This document shows, in pieces, positions 18,118-26,397 of a stretch of DNA of 64,000 nt; position 1 is the stretch's first letter, and each line of letters opens with the position of its first letter. The notes beneath the pieces are model-generated. The model was not told the origin of the DNA, ran no database searches, and worked only from the letters and a program-made list of their open reading frames with translations. The DNA lies in NCBI GenBank assembly GCA_938042195.1, contig CALIRQ010000009.1:1443-65442 (forward strand), read 5' to 3'. Source of the stretch: an uncultured archaeon. GTDB lineage: Archaea; Thermoproteota; Bathyarchaeia; 40CM-2-53-6; CALIRQ01. Position numbers and translations under genes: made by a program.

Positions 18118-18921
18118 TTGGCCCGATATCCAATGGCCCCATCGGCCGATCGGTTGGGGAGCGCCATGGCGCTGGGGTATTCCATGCGCATCCTCTATAG
18201 CGAGGAGGCCCCCTATCGGGATCTGCTCGATGCCTTGAGGGAGACATCGAAAAGGATAAGGGCCAAGTGGGGGATGGAGGTCGAGGAGCTGGAGGCATCG
18301 AGGCTCGGGCCGGATGAGGCGGAGAGGATCAAATCCGATATGCGCTCGATCCCGCCCCAGATTAGGGGGAGGATCGTCAGCTCGGGTGGGCGACCGCTAC
18401 CGCTCTCCGGGAAGAAGAATTTGAATTTGCGGAACACTCCGATCCTTTTGCTCTATCGGGAAGGGGAACCGATCGACGTCTATCCCCACCTCCTCGGCGC
18501 GAGCTATTTCGGCGTAATCGAGGCCGCCAATAGGATCTTGGAGCTCGGCCCCAGGTTCTACGTCGAATCCAGGGGGCTCTTTGAGGATCCGATTTTGAGG
18601 ATCTTGAGGGATCACCCGGGGATCGTTGAGGAGGGCCTGAAGTTCAAGGGTTCGAACGTGGACGTTGGAACGGGAACGGCGGACTTGATAATGGAGGATC
18701 GAGATGGGAACCCAATCGTGATCGAGATCGAAACGATCGCCGGGGAAGGGGCGGTAGCCCAGGTTTCCAGATTGGGATTCGGTTACGCCGAATGCTTAGG
18801 GATCCCCAAGGGCGCCGTGAGGATGGCCATAATATGCGCGGGCTTCGATGCCAAGGCCCGAAGGGCTTGCGAGTCCTTTGGCATCGAACTATACCAAATG
18901 GTTGCTAAGAGGATAGTTTGA
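18118..18921 (+). CDS. protein with C-terminal NucS/DUF91-like PD-(D/E)xK nuclease domain and uncharacterised N-terminal domain
   Basis: TGTADLIMEDRDGNPIVIEIETIAGEGAVAQVSRLGFGY resembles the NucS C-terminal motif (GRIDLLA.D.DGN.VVIE.K). N-terminal 150 aa unassigned. True start may be an internal Met. Confidence 0.45.
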   Translation: MARYPMAPSADRLGSAMALGYSMRILYSEEAPYRDLLDALRETSKRIRAKWGMEVEELEASRLGPDEAERIKSDMRSIPPQIRGRIVSSGGRPLPLSGKKNLNLRNTPILLLYREGEPIDVYPHLLGASYFGVIEAANRILELGPRFYVESRGLFEDPILRILRDHPGIVEEGLKFKGSNVDVGTGTADLIMEDRDGNPIVIEIETIAGEGAVAQVSRLGFGYAECLGIPKGAVRMAIICAGFDAKARRACESFGIELYQMVAKRIV

Positions 18922-18999
18922 TCATGGGTCAGTTTTGAGAGGTTGGTCTCGGATGCGCAACGCGGCCGCGAAGGGGAGCGCCTTTGAACGGCGGCCATT

Positions 19000-19536
19000 T
19001 CAGCCGCTCCCCAGTTTGGCTTTGGCCATCCTCAACAGGGCGATTTGATCGGCGGGCTTTATGCTCTTGGATGCTATGGAGGTCGCCAGGCCCGCCGTCA
19101 AGGGCTCCAGCGGAGAGCCGACGCTCTCCCTCAGATCATGGGGATCGACGGCGACCGCTTGAATGACGTATTCGTACGCCCCAATCGTGGAATCGGCGCA
19201 AAGGACCCTGGGCTCTTCCTGGAAGAACCTCACGAGCTTATCCTTAACGTTCGGGACGGCTGAGGTCCTGGTGCATATGTATGCCATCGTGTTCAACCCC
19301 AACTTGCTCCAATCGATCTCGACCGTGAACCTCTTTATCACCCCAAGCTTGGCGAGCCTATCGACCCTTCTAGAAACCTTCCTCTCATCCACCCCTAATG
19401 CCTTGGCGACTTCCTTGAACTTGGCCCTTCCGTTGATCGCCAACGCTTCCAAGATCCCGAAATCCAAATCATCCAACGCGCCCCTGGCTATAGCCAACTT
19501 CGGGCACCCAATGCGTGTTAATGGCATCGAATCCAA
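19000..19536 (-). CDS. lrp: Lrp/AsnC family transcriptional regulator
   Basis: HTH segment DDLDFGILEALAINGRAKFKEVAKALGVDERKVSRRVDRLAKLGVI followed by a RAM-like domain. Confidence 0.75.
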   Translation of the reverse strand: MDSMPLTRIGCPKLAIARGALDDLDFGILEALAINGRAKFKEVAKALGVDERKVSRRVDRLAKLGVIKRFTVEIDWSKLGLNTMAYICTRTSAVPNVKDKLVRFFQEEPRVLCADSTIGAYEYVIQAVAVDPHDLRESVGSPLEPLTAGLATSIASKSIKPADQIALLRMAKAKLGSG

Positions 19537-19602
19537 TATTTATGCCTTTTAAATCAAAATGCTTGGCCCTCACCCCCACGAAATGGAGAAACTTTATATG
19601 AG

Positions 19603-19758
19603 ATGAAGTCCGCGCCGCACCCGGTGCCAATAACAATGGCGGGCGCGGAAAAGACCGAGCGATCGGCTAAGGGGTTCTTTCGCTGGGTCATAATCGCCAT
19701 GGCCGTCCTAGCCATCCTAATGTTGCTCGACGCGGTCTACTTCAGGATCGGGCAATAA
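19603..19758 (+). CDS. candidate 51-aa single-pass membrane micro-protein
   Basis: Hand translation MKSAPHPVPITMAGAEKTERSAKGFFRWVIIAMAVLAILMLLDAVYFRIGQ. One TM helix. Under the ORF-track size cut-off. Lies in an AT-rich island. Confidence 0.3.
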   Translation: MKSAPHPVPITMAGAEKTERSAKGFFRWVIIAMAVLAILMLLDAVYFRIGQ

Positions 19759-19934
19759 AAGCTAAAAGGGCTCGGCGGGACGAACCCCTCCATTTTTATA
19801 CGATCGCGCGGAAAAGCCGTTGCGATAAAATGACTTCCTAATAGGCCCTCTGGGATCGCCCTTGCCCGAGGACAATCTGGCTCTTCGTTGCGCCCTTGGG
19901 ACCTTCACTCGGCTCGAGGAGCCCTCCGATTTTT

Positions 19935-19962
19935 ATGACATTTTTTAAAATAAAAAAGTCAT
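19935..19962 (+). promoter_or_regulatory. near-perfect AT-rich inverted repeat inside a strong TATA-like region
   Basis: atgacattttttaaaataaaaaagtcat has arms ATGAC(A)TTTTTT and AAAAAAGTCAT. It is about 80 nt upstream of the 20040 ATG. Confidence 0.4.
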
Positions 19963-20039
19963 TTTATAGCATTAAGATCGCTCAATTCCATCTTCCCATG
20001 AAAAATTTATATGAAAAATTTTCAAAAACCCCAAAAGGG

Positions 20040-20357
20040 ATGTCTGAGGAAGTTGAGGTAGAACTAACTTACTACGCGGGCGACGTAAAGCGCCAGAAGG
20101 GGATCGAGATAAGCGAGGACGAGGTGAGGAGGATTTGCGGAGAGAGAGGGACAGCGCTCAAGGCATTTAAAGTGAGCACAGAATTCACGATAAAGAAGAT
20201 ATCGATGCTGATCTCGGGCGAGGAGGATAAGCTCCGCGAGACCGTCAAGTCCATCGCGGGGCTTTACGGCAAGCCGAACCTCCCTGGACTGGCCTTCGGA
20301 AAGATGAAGAGGGGCAAGCAGATAGCGGAATCGGTCATAAGGGAACTCGGGGCCTGA
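20040..20357 (+). CDS. hypothetical 105-aa protein
   Basis: Internal ATG of ORF 19896..20357. The upstream part of that ORF is just translation of the AT-rich promoter. MSEEVEVELTYYAGDVKRQKGIEISEDEVRRICGERG has no family I can assign. Confidence 0.45.
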   Translation: MSEEVEVELTYYAGDVKRQKGIEISEDEVRRICGERGTALKAFKVSTEFTIKKISMLISGEEDKLRETVKSIAGLYGKPNLPGLAFGKMKRGKQIAESVIRELGA

Positions 20358-20435
20358 GTGGATTGAGCGGCCCGCCTTCATGGGCATTGGCTTACGAGAG
20401 AAGCTTTAAAAGCCCCGGGCACCCCTTCAAAACGC

Positions 20436-20624
20436 CATGCGTTTGAGGCGCTGGATATTGCTCCTGTTTTTCATCTTAATAATCGCAAATTACGCCATCC
20501 CATATTTGGCCCTATCATCCGCGAGGGGGCTCTCGGGGGCCTTCATGTTCTGGATATTAATATCCCTCATCGCAATAGCCTTGGTTATGGCGGCCTCATG
20601 GGGATGGAGGGAGTGAGCCCATGA
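20436..20624 (+). CDS. candidate 62-aa two-TM membrane protein, putative small partner of the SSS transporter
   Basis: Hand translation MRLRRWILLLFFILIIANYAIPYLALSSARGLSGAFMFWILISLIAIAFGYGGLMGMEGVSP. Its stop overlaps the transporter ATG (ATGA at 20621-20624). Not in the ORF track. Confidence 0.4.
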   Translation, partial: HAFEALDIAPVFHLNNRKLRHPIFGPIIREGALGGLHVLDINIPHRNSLGYGGLMGMEGVSP

Positions 20625-22105
20625 TAAGATCGGCCCATATGTACTTCGGCGTTGCCCTCTTCTTCGCGATCATGCTCGCGATTGCCCATTACGGGAGGAG
20701 GAGGACCGGGGCGGGCGTCGAGGAATATTACCTGGCCGGGAGGAGGATGGGGGGATTGGTGGCAGCGCTGACGTACAGCGCCACCACCTATAGCGCATTC
20801 ATGATGGTCGGGCTCGTGGGCTACGCTTGGGCTGGGGGCGTCGGGGCGATGGGCTTCGAATTGACCTATCTCATCGGGACGGGCCTATTGCTCCTGATAT
20901 TCGCCCCCAGGATGCTGCTCGCCGGGAGGATCTGGGGCCTCGTGAGCCCATCCGAGCTCCTCGCCAAGAGATATGGCAGCCCGGCGGTCGGGGCCCTCGC
21001 CTCCCTAATATGCCTCCTCTTCCTGGTGCCATATACCTCGGTCCAAGCCCAAGGCTCCGCATACCTCCTCACCACGCTCACGGGCGGGGAGATATCCTAC
21101 GAGGCCGGGTTGGCGTTCATGATAGCCATCATTGCGGCTTTGGCTTGGTGGGGCGGGATGAGGGGCGTCGCTTGGTCCGATGCCATACAAGCGCTAGTAA
21201 TGATTATTACGGCTACGGCGTTGCTCGCCCTAATGATCCAATCGATATTCGGCGGGCTTGGCGCATTCGTTTCAAGGATCGAGGCGGAGGCCCCGGAGTT
21301 GCTAAGCGTACCAGGACCAAACGCCTTCTTCAACTTCCCCAGGTTCCTGGGCCTCACGATCCCGTGGTTCTTCTTCGCGATTACGAACCCCCAAGTTTCG
21401 CAAAGGCTCCTCGCGCCAAGGTCCATGGCCTCCCTCAAATGGATGCTTAGGGGGTTCTTGATCTTCGGGCTCCTTTACACGGTGATATGCACCCTGTTTG
21501 GGCTATCCTCTCGATTGATATACCCATCCCTCCCATCGCCCGACTTGGCGATGCCGAAGCTCCTTTCGGAGAAGGTGCCCCCGCCCATCTCCATAGTGAC
21601 GTTGATGGGGATACTCTCGGCCGCGGTGACCACAGCAGATTCCATCCTTCTCTCCTTGGGCTCGATGGTTGGGAGGGATATATATAGGGCCATCAGGCCC
21701 GGGGCCTCGGACGTGGAGGAGTTGAGGGTCGGTAAGGCTGTTATAATCCTCATGGCCCTGGCCTTGCTCGCTTTCTCCTGGAGCCCCAGGGGCCTTATAG
21801 TGGAATTGTCGGTCCTCTCCTCGGCCGGCCTATTGGCGCTCGTGCCGCCATTCGTTGGGGCCTTCTTTTGGCGAAGGGGGACCGCGCTCGGCGCCATCCT
21901 CAGCATGGCGGCCGGCGCGTTGGCAGCGGGGTCCCTCCACTTCTCTAGGGCCTACCCGCTGGGGCAGTGGCCTGGGGTCTGGGCCCTCCCGGTGTCCACA
22001 ATGGCCTTCCTAATCGCGAGCGCGTTGAGCAAGCAGCCGGGGGGCGTTGATGAGTTCTTCAGGGCCTTGGATGGGGCTTTGGCGAAGAAGAACGTGGCCA
22101 TCTAG
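20621..22105 (+). CDS. sodium:solute symporter (SSS) family transporter
   Basis: 494 aa and about 13 TM helices. N-terminal YYLAGRRMGG...YSATTYSAFMMVGLVGYAWAGG is SSS-like. Confidence 0.85.
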   Translation: MIRSAHMYFGVALFFAIMLAIAHYGRRRTGAGVEEYYLAGRRMGGLVAALTYSATTYSAFMMVGLVGYAWAGGVGAMGFELTYLIGTGLLLLIFAPRMLLAGRIWGLVSPSELLAKRYGSPAVGALASLICLLFLVPYTSVQAQGSAYLLTTLTGGEISYEAGLAFMIAIIAALAWWGGMRGVAWSDAIQALVMIITATALLALMIQSIFGGLGAFVSRIEAEAPELLSVPGPNAFFNFPRFLGLTIPWFFFAITNPQVSQRLLAPRSMASLKWMLRGFLIFGLLYTVICTLFGLSSRLIYPSLPSPDLAMPKLLSEKVPPPISIVTLMGILSAAVTTADSILLSLGSMVGRDIYRAIRPGASDVEELRVGKAVIILMALALLAFSWSPRGLIVELSVLSSAGLLALVPPFVGAFFWRRGTALGAILSMAAGALAAGSLHFSRAYPLGQWPGVWALPVSTMAFLIASALSKQPGGVDEFFRALDGALAKKNVAI

Positions 22106-22184
22106 GGCCCCTCGGAGGGGAGGGAGGCCGTTCGACGTCCAATTGCGGATTCTATTGAAAACGACCTATCGGGTTTGCGGGGCC

Positions 22185-22484
22185 TCATTGGGGCCTCCCG
22201 CAAACGGTGCAGAACTTGGCGGCGCCCTGGATCTTCGCGCCGCAATGGATGCAGAACTTCCCCCACCCCTCCGGATCCGGCTCACCGGCTTTAATGCGCC
22301 GCTTGACAGCCCCCCTTCTCCGTTCGGCCGCTTGGGCCGTTGGGGCCATGGCCCCGGCCCCCGGCTCCGCCTTGGAGCCCTCCGGTCGATCCCCCTCATC
22401 GGATCGCATCGGGATCCCGCGCCCATTTTGGGCGGATCCGGATAAAAATGTCCCCCCAGCCCCGGCGGCCCTCGCGATTCCCAT
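22185..22484 (-). CDS. small protein with C-terminal double-CxxC zinc ribbon (start uncertain)
   Basis: C-terminus KFCIHCGAKIQGAAKFCTVCGRPQ matches the FCxxCG...FCxxCG zinc-ribbon pattern. The Gly/Ala-rich N-terminus may be a GC artefact. A shorter product from MAPTAQ... is possible. Confidence 0.35.
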   Translation of the reverse strand: MGIARAAGAGGTFLSGSAQNGRGIPMRSDEGDRPEGSKAEPGAGAMAPTAQAAERRRGAVKRRIKAGEPDPEGWGKFCIHCGAKIQGAAKFCTVCGRPQ

Positions 22485-22579
22485 AGGTTTATATTCATGG
22501 AGCCCTCCTCGGGACTTGTATACGGGATTTCTGCGAGCAGCGAAATCGCGTATAACCAGTCGAAAAGGTGAGAAGAGGA

Positions 22580-22729
22580 ATGGGTTACGAAAGGCGTGGA
22601 TTCGGCCCTAGGACCATGTACAAGATAAGGTGCTCCGATTGCGGCGCCGAAGCCGAAGTTCCGTTCAAGCCAACTGAGGGAAGGCCGGTCTACTGCAGGG
22701 AATGTTATCAAAAGCATAGGAAGTATTGA
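22580..22729 (+). CDS. 49-aa CxxC-x17-CxxC zinc-ribbon protein
   Basis: Hand translation MGYERRGFGPRTMYKIRCSDCGAEAEVPFKPTEGRPVYCRECYQKHRKY. aaggtgagaagaggaATG has an SD-like GGTGA. Under the ORF-track cut-off. Confidence 0.55.
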   Translation: MGYERRGFGPRTMYKIRCSDCGAEAEVPFKPTEGRPVYCRECYQKHRKY

Positions 22730-22842
22730 TCCTTCCCAATTGGCGATTATCCGATCACCCCATTTTTTCATCTAAACGACTTGGCTGCGCGGGCCCCGCT
22801 CCGCTCAGCCGGGATGCAGCAACCTTCCCGCCCTTCAGATCC

Positions 22843-23463
22843 TCAATCAACGCGGCCCGGCTCAGGGATCGAATCCCCCGGGCCCGCGAATCGGCTCAGG
22901 AGGGATATTTTGGCGCTCTCCTCGAGCAATTCGGCCAAATCCTCCGCGCTCCTAAGGTTCGATCCGGCGGCGATGATCCCGTGGCCGGATAATATGGCTA
23001 CGCGGACCTCCGGATCGGAGAACGCCCCCTTAACCAAGCTGGCCATGGCATCGCTCCCATCCTCCGCCGGAGGTATGACCGGGATCCTTTTGAGAATCCT
23101 TTTCGAATGGAAGGTCTTGAGCGGTATCGCCTCGCCCCTGACGGCATAGGCCGTGGCGAAGGGAGAATGGTAATGGACGATCCCGCTGACGTCCTCCCGG
23201 ATCCCATATATCCCCAAATGGGCCCTCAAATCCCTCGTTGGCCTCCCGATCCCCTCCACCGGGCTCCCGGAGCAGTCGAAGACCAAGAGGTCCTCGCCCC
23301 TCAGCTCGAATAGGGGGATCCCGCTTGGCTTCACCAAGAAGAGCCCGCCTCCCAGCCGCATGCTTATGTTCCCGCCGGAGGAGGTCTGCATGCCCGATAG
23401 GAACGCCCTTCGGCAAATCCTTATGAACTCTCTCCGCTCGCTGGCCCAAGTCGCCATCTCCAT
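22843..23463 (-). CDS. class II aldolase/adducin family protein
   Basis: Internal Met of ORF 22843..23658; the rest overlaps the MBL gene. TSGGNISMRL and HYHSPFATAYAV (zinc-binding His region). Confidence 0.7.
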   Translation of the reverse strand: MEMATWASERREFIRICRRAFLSGMQTSSGGNISMRLGGGLFLVKPSGIPLFELRGEDLLVFDCSGSPVEGIGRPTRDLRAHLGIYGIREDVSGIVHYHSPFATAYAVRGEAIPLKTFHSKRILKRIPVIPPAEDGSDAMASLVKGAFSDPEVRVAILSGHGIIAAGSNLRSAEDLAELLEESAKISLLSRFAGPGDSIPEPGRVD

Positions 23464-23470
23464 CGCCCCG

Positions 23471-24319
23471 CTATGGATAAACCGGCCTTCGGCCAACGCA
23501 TCTCCCGTGGCCCGGGAATATCCGATCCCGGTCCGCCATTCCGAATATGCGCTCCATGCTATCGAACATATCGAATACGTCGACATATCTTCCCATCGGA
23601 GTGAACGACAGGCCCCTATGCTCATCCGGCTCCAGGTTCTCGTCCGAGAAGACGGCATCCCCCGCGATCACGTAGACGCCCTTATCCGTTTCGACGGCGA
23701 CCGATTGATGGCCCGGGGAATGGCCGGGCGTTGGGAAGATCAGCATCGATGGGCCGAGCCGATATTCGCCCGAGATCTCCTCGAAATCCGCCCCGTCGAA
23801 GGGGGGCGTAACCCCGAGCCTCTTGGATTCGTAGGATTTTAGGTATAGGGGGTGGGGATCGAGGGCGAACCGGAGCTCTCTTCGATGAGCGTAGAACTTC
23901 GCATTCCTGAAGAGCTTCATATTGGAGCAATGATCCCAATGGAGATGCGTGAATACGACCGCATTTATATCCTCCGGCTTAATGCCGAGCTCCCCCAAGC
24001 GCTCATCGATCCGATGCCCCTCGGGCTGGCGGGAGCCCGGATGATGCCAATCGGCCCTTTCGGTTTCGCACATCCCAGTATCGATCAGGATCCTCTCCGA
24101 TTCATCCGCCACCAGGAACGCCCAATCCGGGACATCGACCTCCCTTCCATAATCCCTCCCCATCGTTATATAGGCCCCCTTGTCGACCCTTATGAAGCCC
24201 GTGTTCATCGGATAGATCCTCGCGCCCATCCGCTTTATCGCCTCGTTATGGGCCCTCGGGACCATCCGCATTAAAAACTTCCCGCGGATCCGGGGATCAT
24301 TCCCAGAGCCTCCGCCCAA
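23471..24319 (-). CDS. metallo-beta-lactamase fold hydrolase (lactonase-like)
   Basis: VVFTHLHWDHCSN HxHxDH motif and distal TPGHSPGH. Confidence 0.8.
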   Translation of the reverse strand: MGGGSGNDPRIRGKFLMRMVPRAHNEAIKRMGARIYPMNTGFIRVDKGAYITMGRDYGREVDVPDWAFLVADESERILIDTGMCETERADWHHPGSRQPEGHRIDERLGELGIKPEDINAVVFTHLHWDHCSNMKLFRNAKFYAHRRELRFALDPHPLYLKSYESKRLGVTPPFDGADFEEISGEYRLGPSMLIFPTPGHSPGHQSVAVETDKGVYVIAGDAVFSDENLEPDEHRGLSFTPMGRYVDVFDMFDSMERIFGMADRDRIFPGHGRCVGRRPVYP

Positions 24320-25148
24320 TGCGCTCCTCGAAGAGCCCCATGACCTCCTTCGTTATCGGCCCGGGCCTCCCGTCGCCTATCCTGGTGCCGTCTATGGCCA
24401 CTATCGGCATGACCCCGTGGCCCGATGATGTTAGGAACGCCTCCTCTAGGTTCGGTATCTCCGAAGCCCTGACGAACCTATATTCGACCGGTATCCTCCC
24501 GCGAACGAGCTCCAGGACCGTCCTCCGCGTTATCCCGTCCAGGACTTCGCTCCCAGCGGTCATTATCTGGCCACCCCTCACGGCGAAGAAGCTGCAAACC
24601 GTGCATTCGTATAGGAGGCCCCCGTGGGAGTAAATGGCCTCATGAGCCCCTTGGAGCCTGGCCCTCCTCAGCGCCCTGACGGCGGTGGCGTAGTTCAGGG
24701 TCTTGGCCTCCGGGAGATCCCTCTTGGCCGGATAAGTGATGGCCTTGATGCCCTTCGTGAAGAACTCCTTCGGATAGGTATCGATCGGCTTGACAATCAC
24801 CAGGAGGCTAGGCCGGCCCAAGGGGGAGAGCGAATCGGGGCTATCGCCGCCGGTGGCCACGATCCTTATGCCCCTCTCGCCGCCCGGGTTCCTATCCAAC
24901 GCCTCATGGACGATCCCCTCCAACTCCTCCAAGCCCCAAGGCAGCTCCAGCTCGATGAGCCTCGCCGAGTTCAGAAACCTCTCCAAATGATCCCTCAACC
25001 TGAATGGCTCCCGGCCGTAGGTCCTAGTGAAATCGAAGACGCCGTATCCCCGGAGGAGGCCCAAGTCCGAGACGGCCAGCTTGGCTTGGCTCTGCGGGAG
25101 GAACTCGCCGTTCACGTAGAAGATGGGCTCCTTCGTCTCATGGCCCAA
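24297..25148 (-). CDS. ilvE: branched-chain/D-amino-acid aminotransferase (PLP fold type IV)
   Basis: YVNGEFLPQSQAKLAVSDLGLLRGYGVFDFTRTYGREPFRLRDHLERF...EAFLTSSGHGVMPI. Confidence 0.8.
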   Translation of the reverse strand: MGHETKEPIFYVNGEFLPQSQAKLAVSDLGLLRGYGVFDFTRTYGREPFRLRDHLERFLNSARLIELELPWGLEELEGIVHEALDRNPGGERGIRIVATGGDSPDSLSPLGRPSLLVIVKPIDTYPKEFFTKGIKAITYPAKRDLPEAKTLNYATAVRALRRARLQGAHEAIYSHGGLLYECTVCSFFAVRGGQIMTAGSEVLDGITRRTVLELVRGRIPVEYRFVRASEIPNLEEAFLTSSGHGVMPIVAIDGTRIGDGRPGPITKEVMGLFEERIGRRLWE

Positions 25149-25250
25149 ACCCGATCGGATCCAAATCCCCGGCCCGCAAGATAAGCTTGTGGGATGTGAC
25201 CCCCTTAGGAGGGGTTTGAGCTCATCCAGCTTGGGGCTCCCCTAACTTCG

Positions 25251-25273
25251 GGCCTCGAGGCCTTAAAGGCCTC
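25251..25273. repeat. nested perfect palindromes in a 395-nt intergenic region
   Basis: ggcctcgaggcc (12-nt palindrome) overlaps gaggccttaaaggcctc (8-nt arms). Confidence 0.6.
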
Positions 25274-25543
25274 AATGCGGTTCGCCCTCCCAAGCGCCTC
25301 CACCTTCATTGAGGATTAAGTAATCGGGTTTCCTTTTGTTCCCTTAAGCGACCCCTCAGCTCGTTAGGGCCGAGCTTGTGGGCGCATATTTTCTCCCGCG
25401 CCCATAGAGGATCCAAATAGGCCCGGCCCGAGCTGACGCCCTTCAGGATCTTCCCCCGACGTATCCACCGCCCTTCCCTCGAGGATCCTCGAGGTGGGCG
25501 GAGCCGATATAGCCGTCCCCAAAGCTGCCCTTTCAAGCGCATT

Positions 25544-26068
25544 TCATTGGAATCTCTCATGGCATATTATCTCCCCCAAGGGCTTCCTGTCGGAGGTCTC
25601 CTTGAAGGCATCTCGGGCGGGATACCCTATCGGGATTACGGCGACCACGTTGTAATCCTCCGGGATCCCCAAGAACTCCTTCAGGGCGGAGTTATTGAAG
25701 GCGCCGATCCAGCAGCTGCCCAACCCTTCGGCCCTAGCTGCGAGCACCAAATGGTCGACGGCTATCGAAACGTCCACCAGCATGCTCATATCCCCCATGT
25801 AATCCCCTCTGTTGAAATCAATCCTCCTCCCGCAGGCCACTATGACCAGCGGGGCCTCGGCAATGAAGCCCTGCCCATGGCAGAGCTTGGCGACCTCTTC
25901 CTTCGCCGACCTCTCCTTGATCAGTATGAACTTCCAAGGCTGGCGATTGGAGCCCGAGGGAGCGATCCTCGCGGCCTCGAGTACCCTTTTTATAACGTCC
26001 TCCGGTATCGGATCGGGCTTGAAGGAGCGCACGCTCCTCCTGGTCCTTATGACCTCGTAAAAATCCAT
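25544..26068 (-). CDS. nitroreductase family protein
   Basis: Internal Met of ORF 25544..26221. MDFYEVIRTRRSVRSFKPDPIPEDVIKRVLEAARIAPSGSNRQPWKF. Confidence 0.8.
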   Translation of the reverse strand: MDFYEVIRTRRSVRSFKPDPIPEDVIKRVLEAARIAPSGSNRQPWKFILIKERSAKEEVAKLCHGQGFIAEAPLVIVACGRRIDFNRGDYMGDMSMLVDVSIAVDHLVLAARAEGLGSCWIGAFNNSALKEFLGIPEDYNVVAVIPIGYPARDAFKETSDRKPLGEIICHERFQ

Positions 26069-26289
26069 GGACCATCCTCGCCCGATGGCCCATATGCCAA
26101 ATAAAAGCCTACCGGCCCATTCGGGCGGCACGGGAACTATTCCCCATTCAAAAAGCGCGCATAGAGTTAGACAGGGGGCCTTGGGAATAACTCCTATATA
26201 TGGGATGGCACCGTATCTCAAGCGTCGATCGCGGAGGAGCGGGCCCCGATCTCAGACGTTCCCGAAAGCTATTTTGAGACCCATCCTTC

Positions 26290-26350
26290 AAAAGGCTTAT
26301 TAAACTTTATACGATTTTAAACATTTTTGTTAAAAAATAATAAAATAAAA
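26290..26350 (+). promoter_or_regulatory. AT-rich BRE/TATA region upstream of the TBP gene
   Basis: aaactttatacgattttaaacatttttgttaaaaaataataaaataaaaa. Confidence 0.5.
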
Positions 26351-26397
26351 AGGGGCCTCTGGAGCTCTCCAAATCACGCTAATCGGGTTGATGCGAC

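Noticed and set aside
22166-22771. 201-aa minus-strand ORF across the spacer after the SSS transporter
   Set aside because: Antisense to the 49-aa zinc-ribbon gene, which has a good SD-like sequence. Its translation is Gly/Pro/Arg-rich low complexity. Only a short zinc-ribbon gene (22185..22484, different frame) is retained as plausible.
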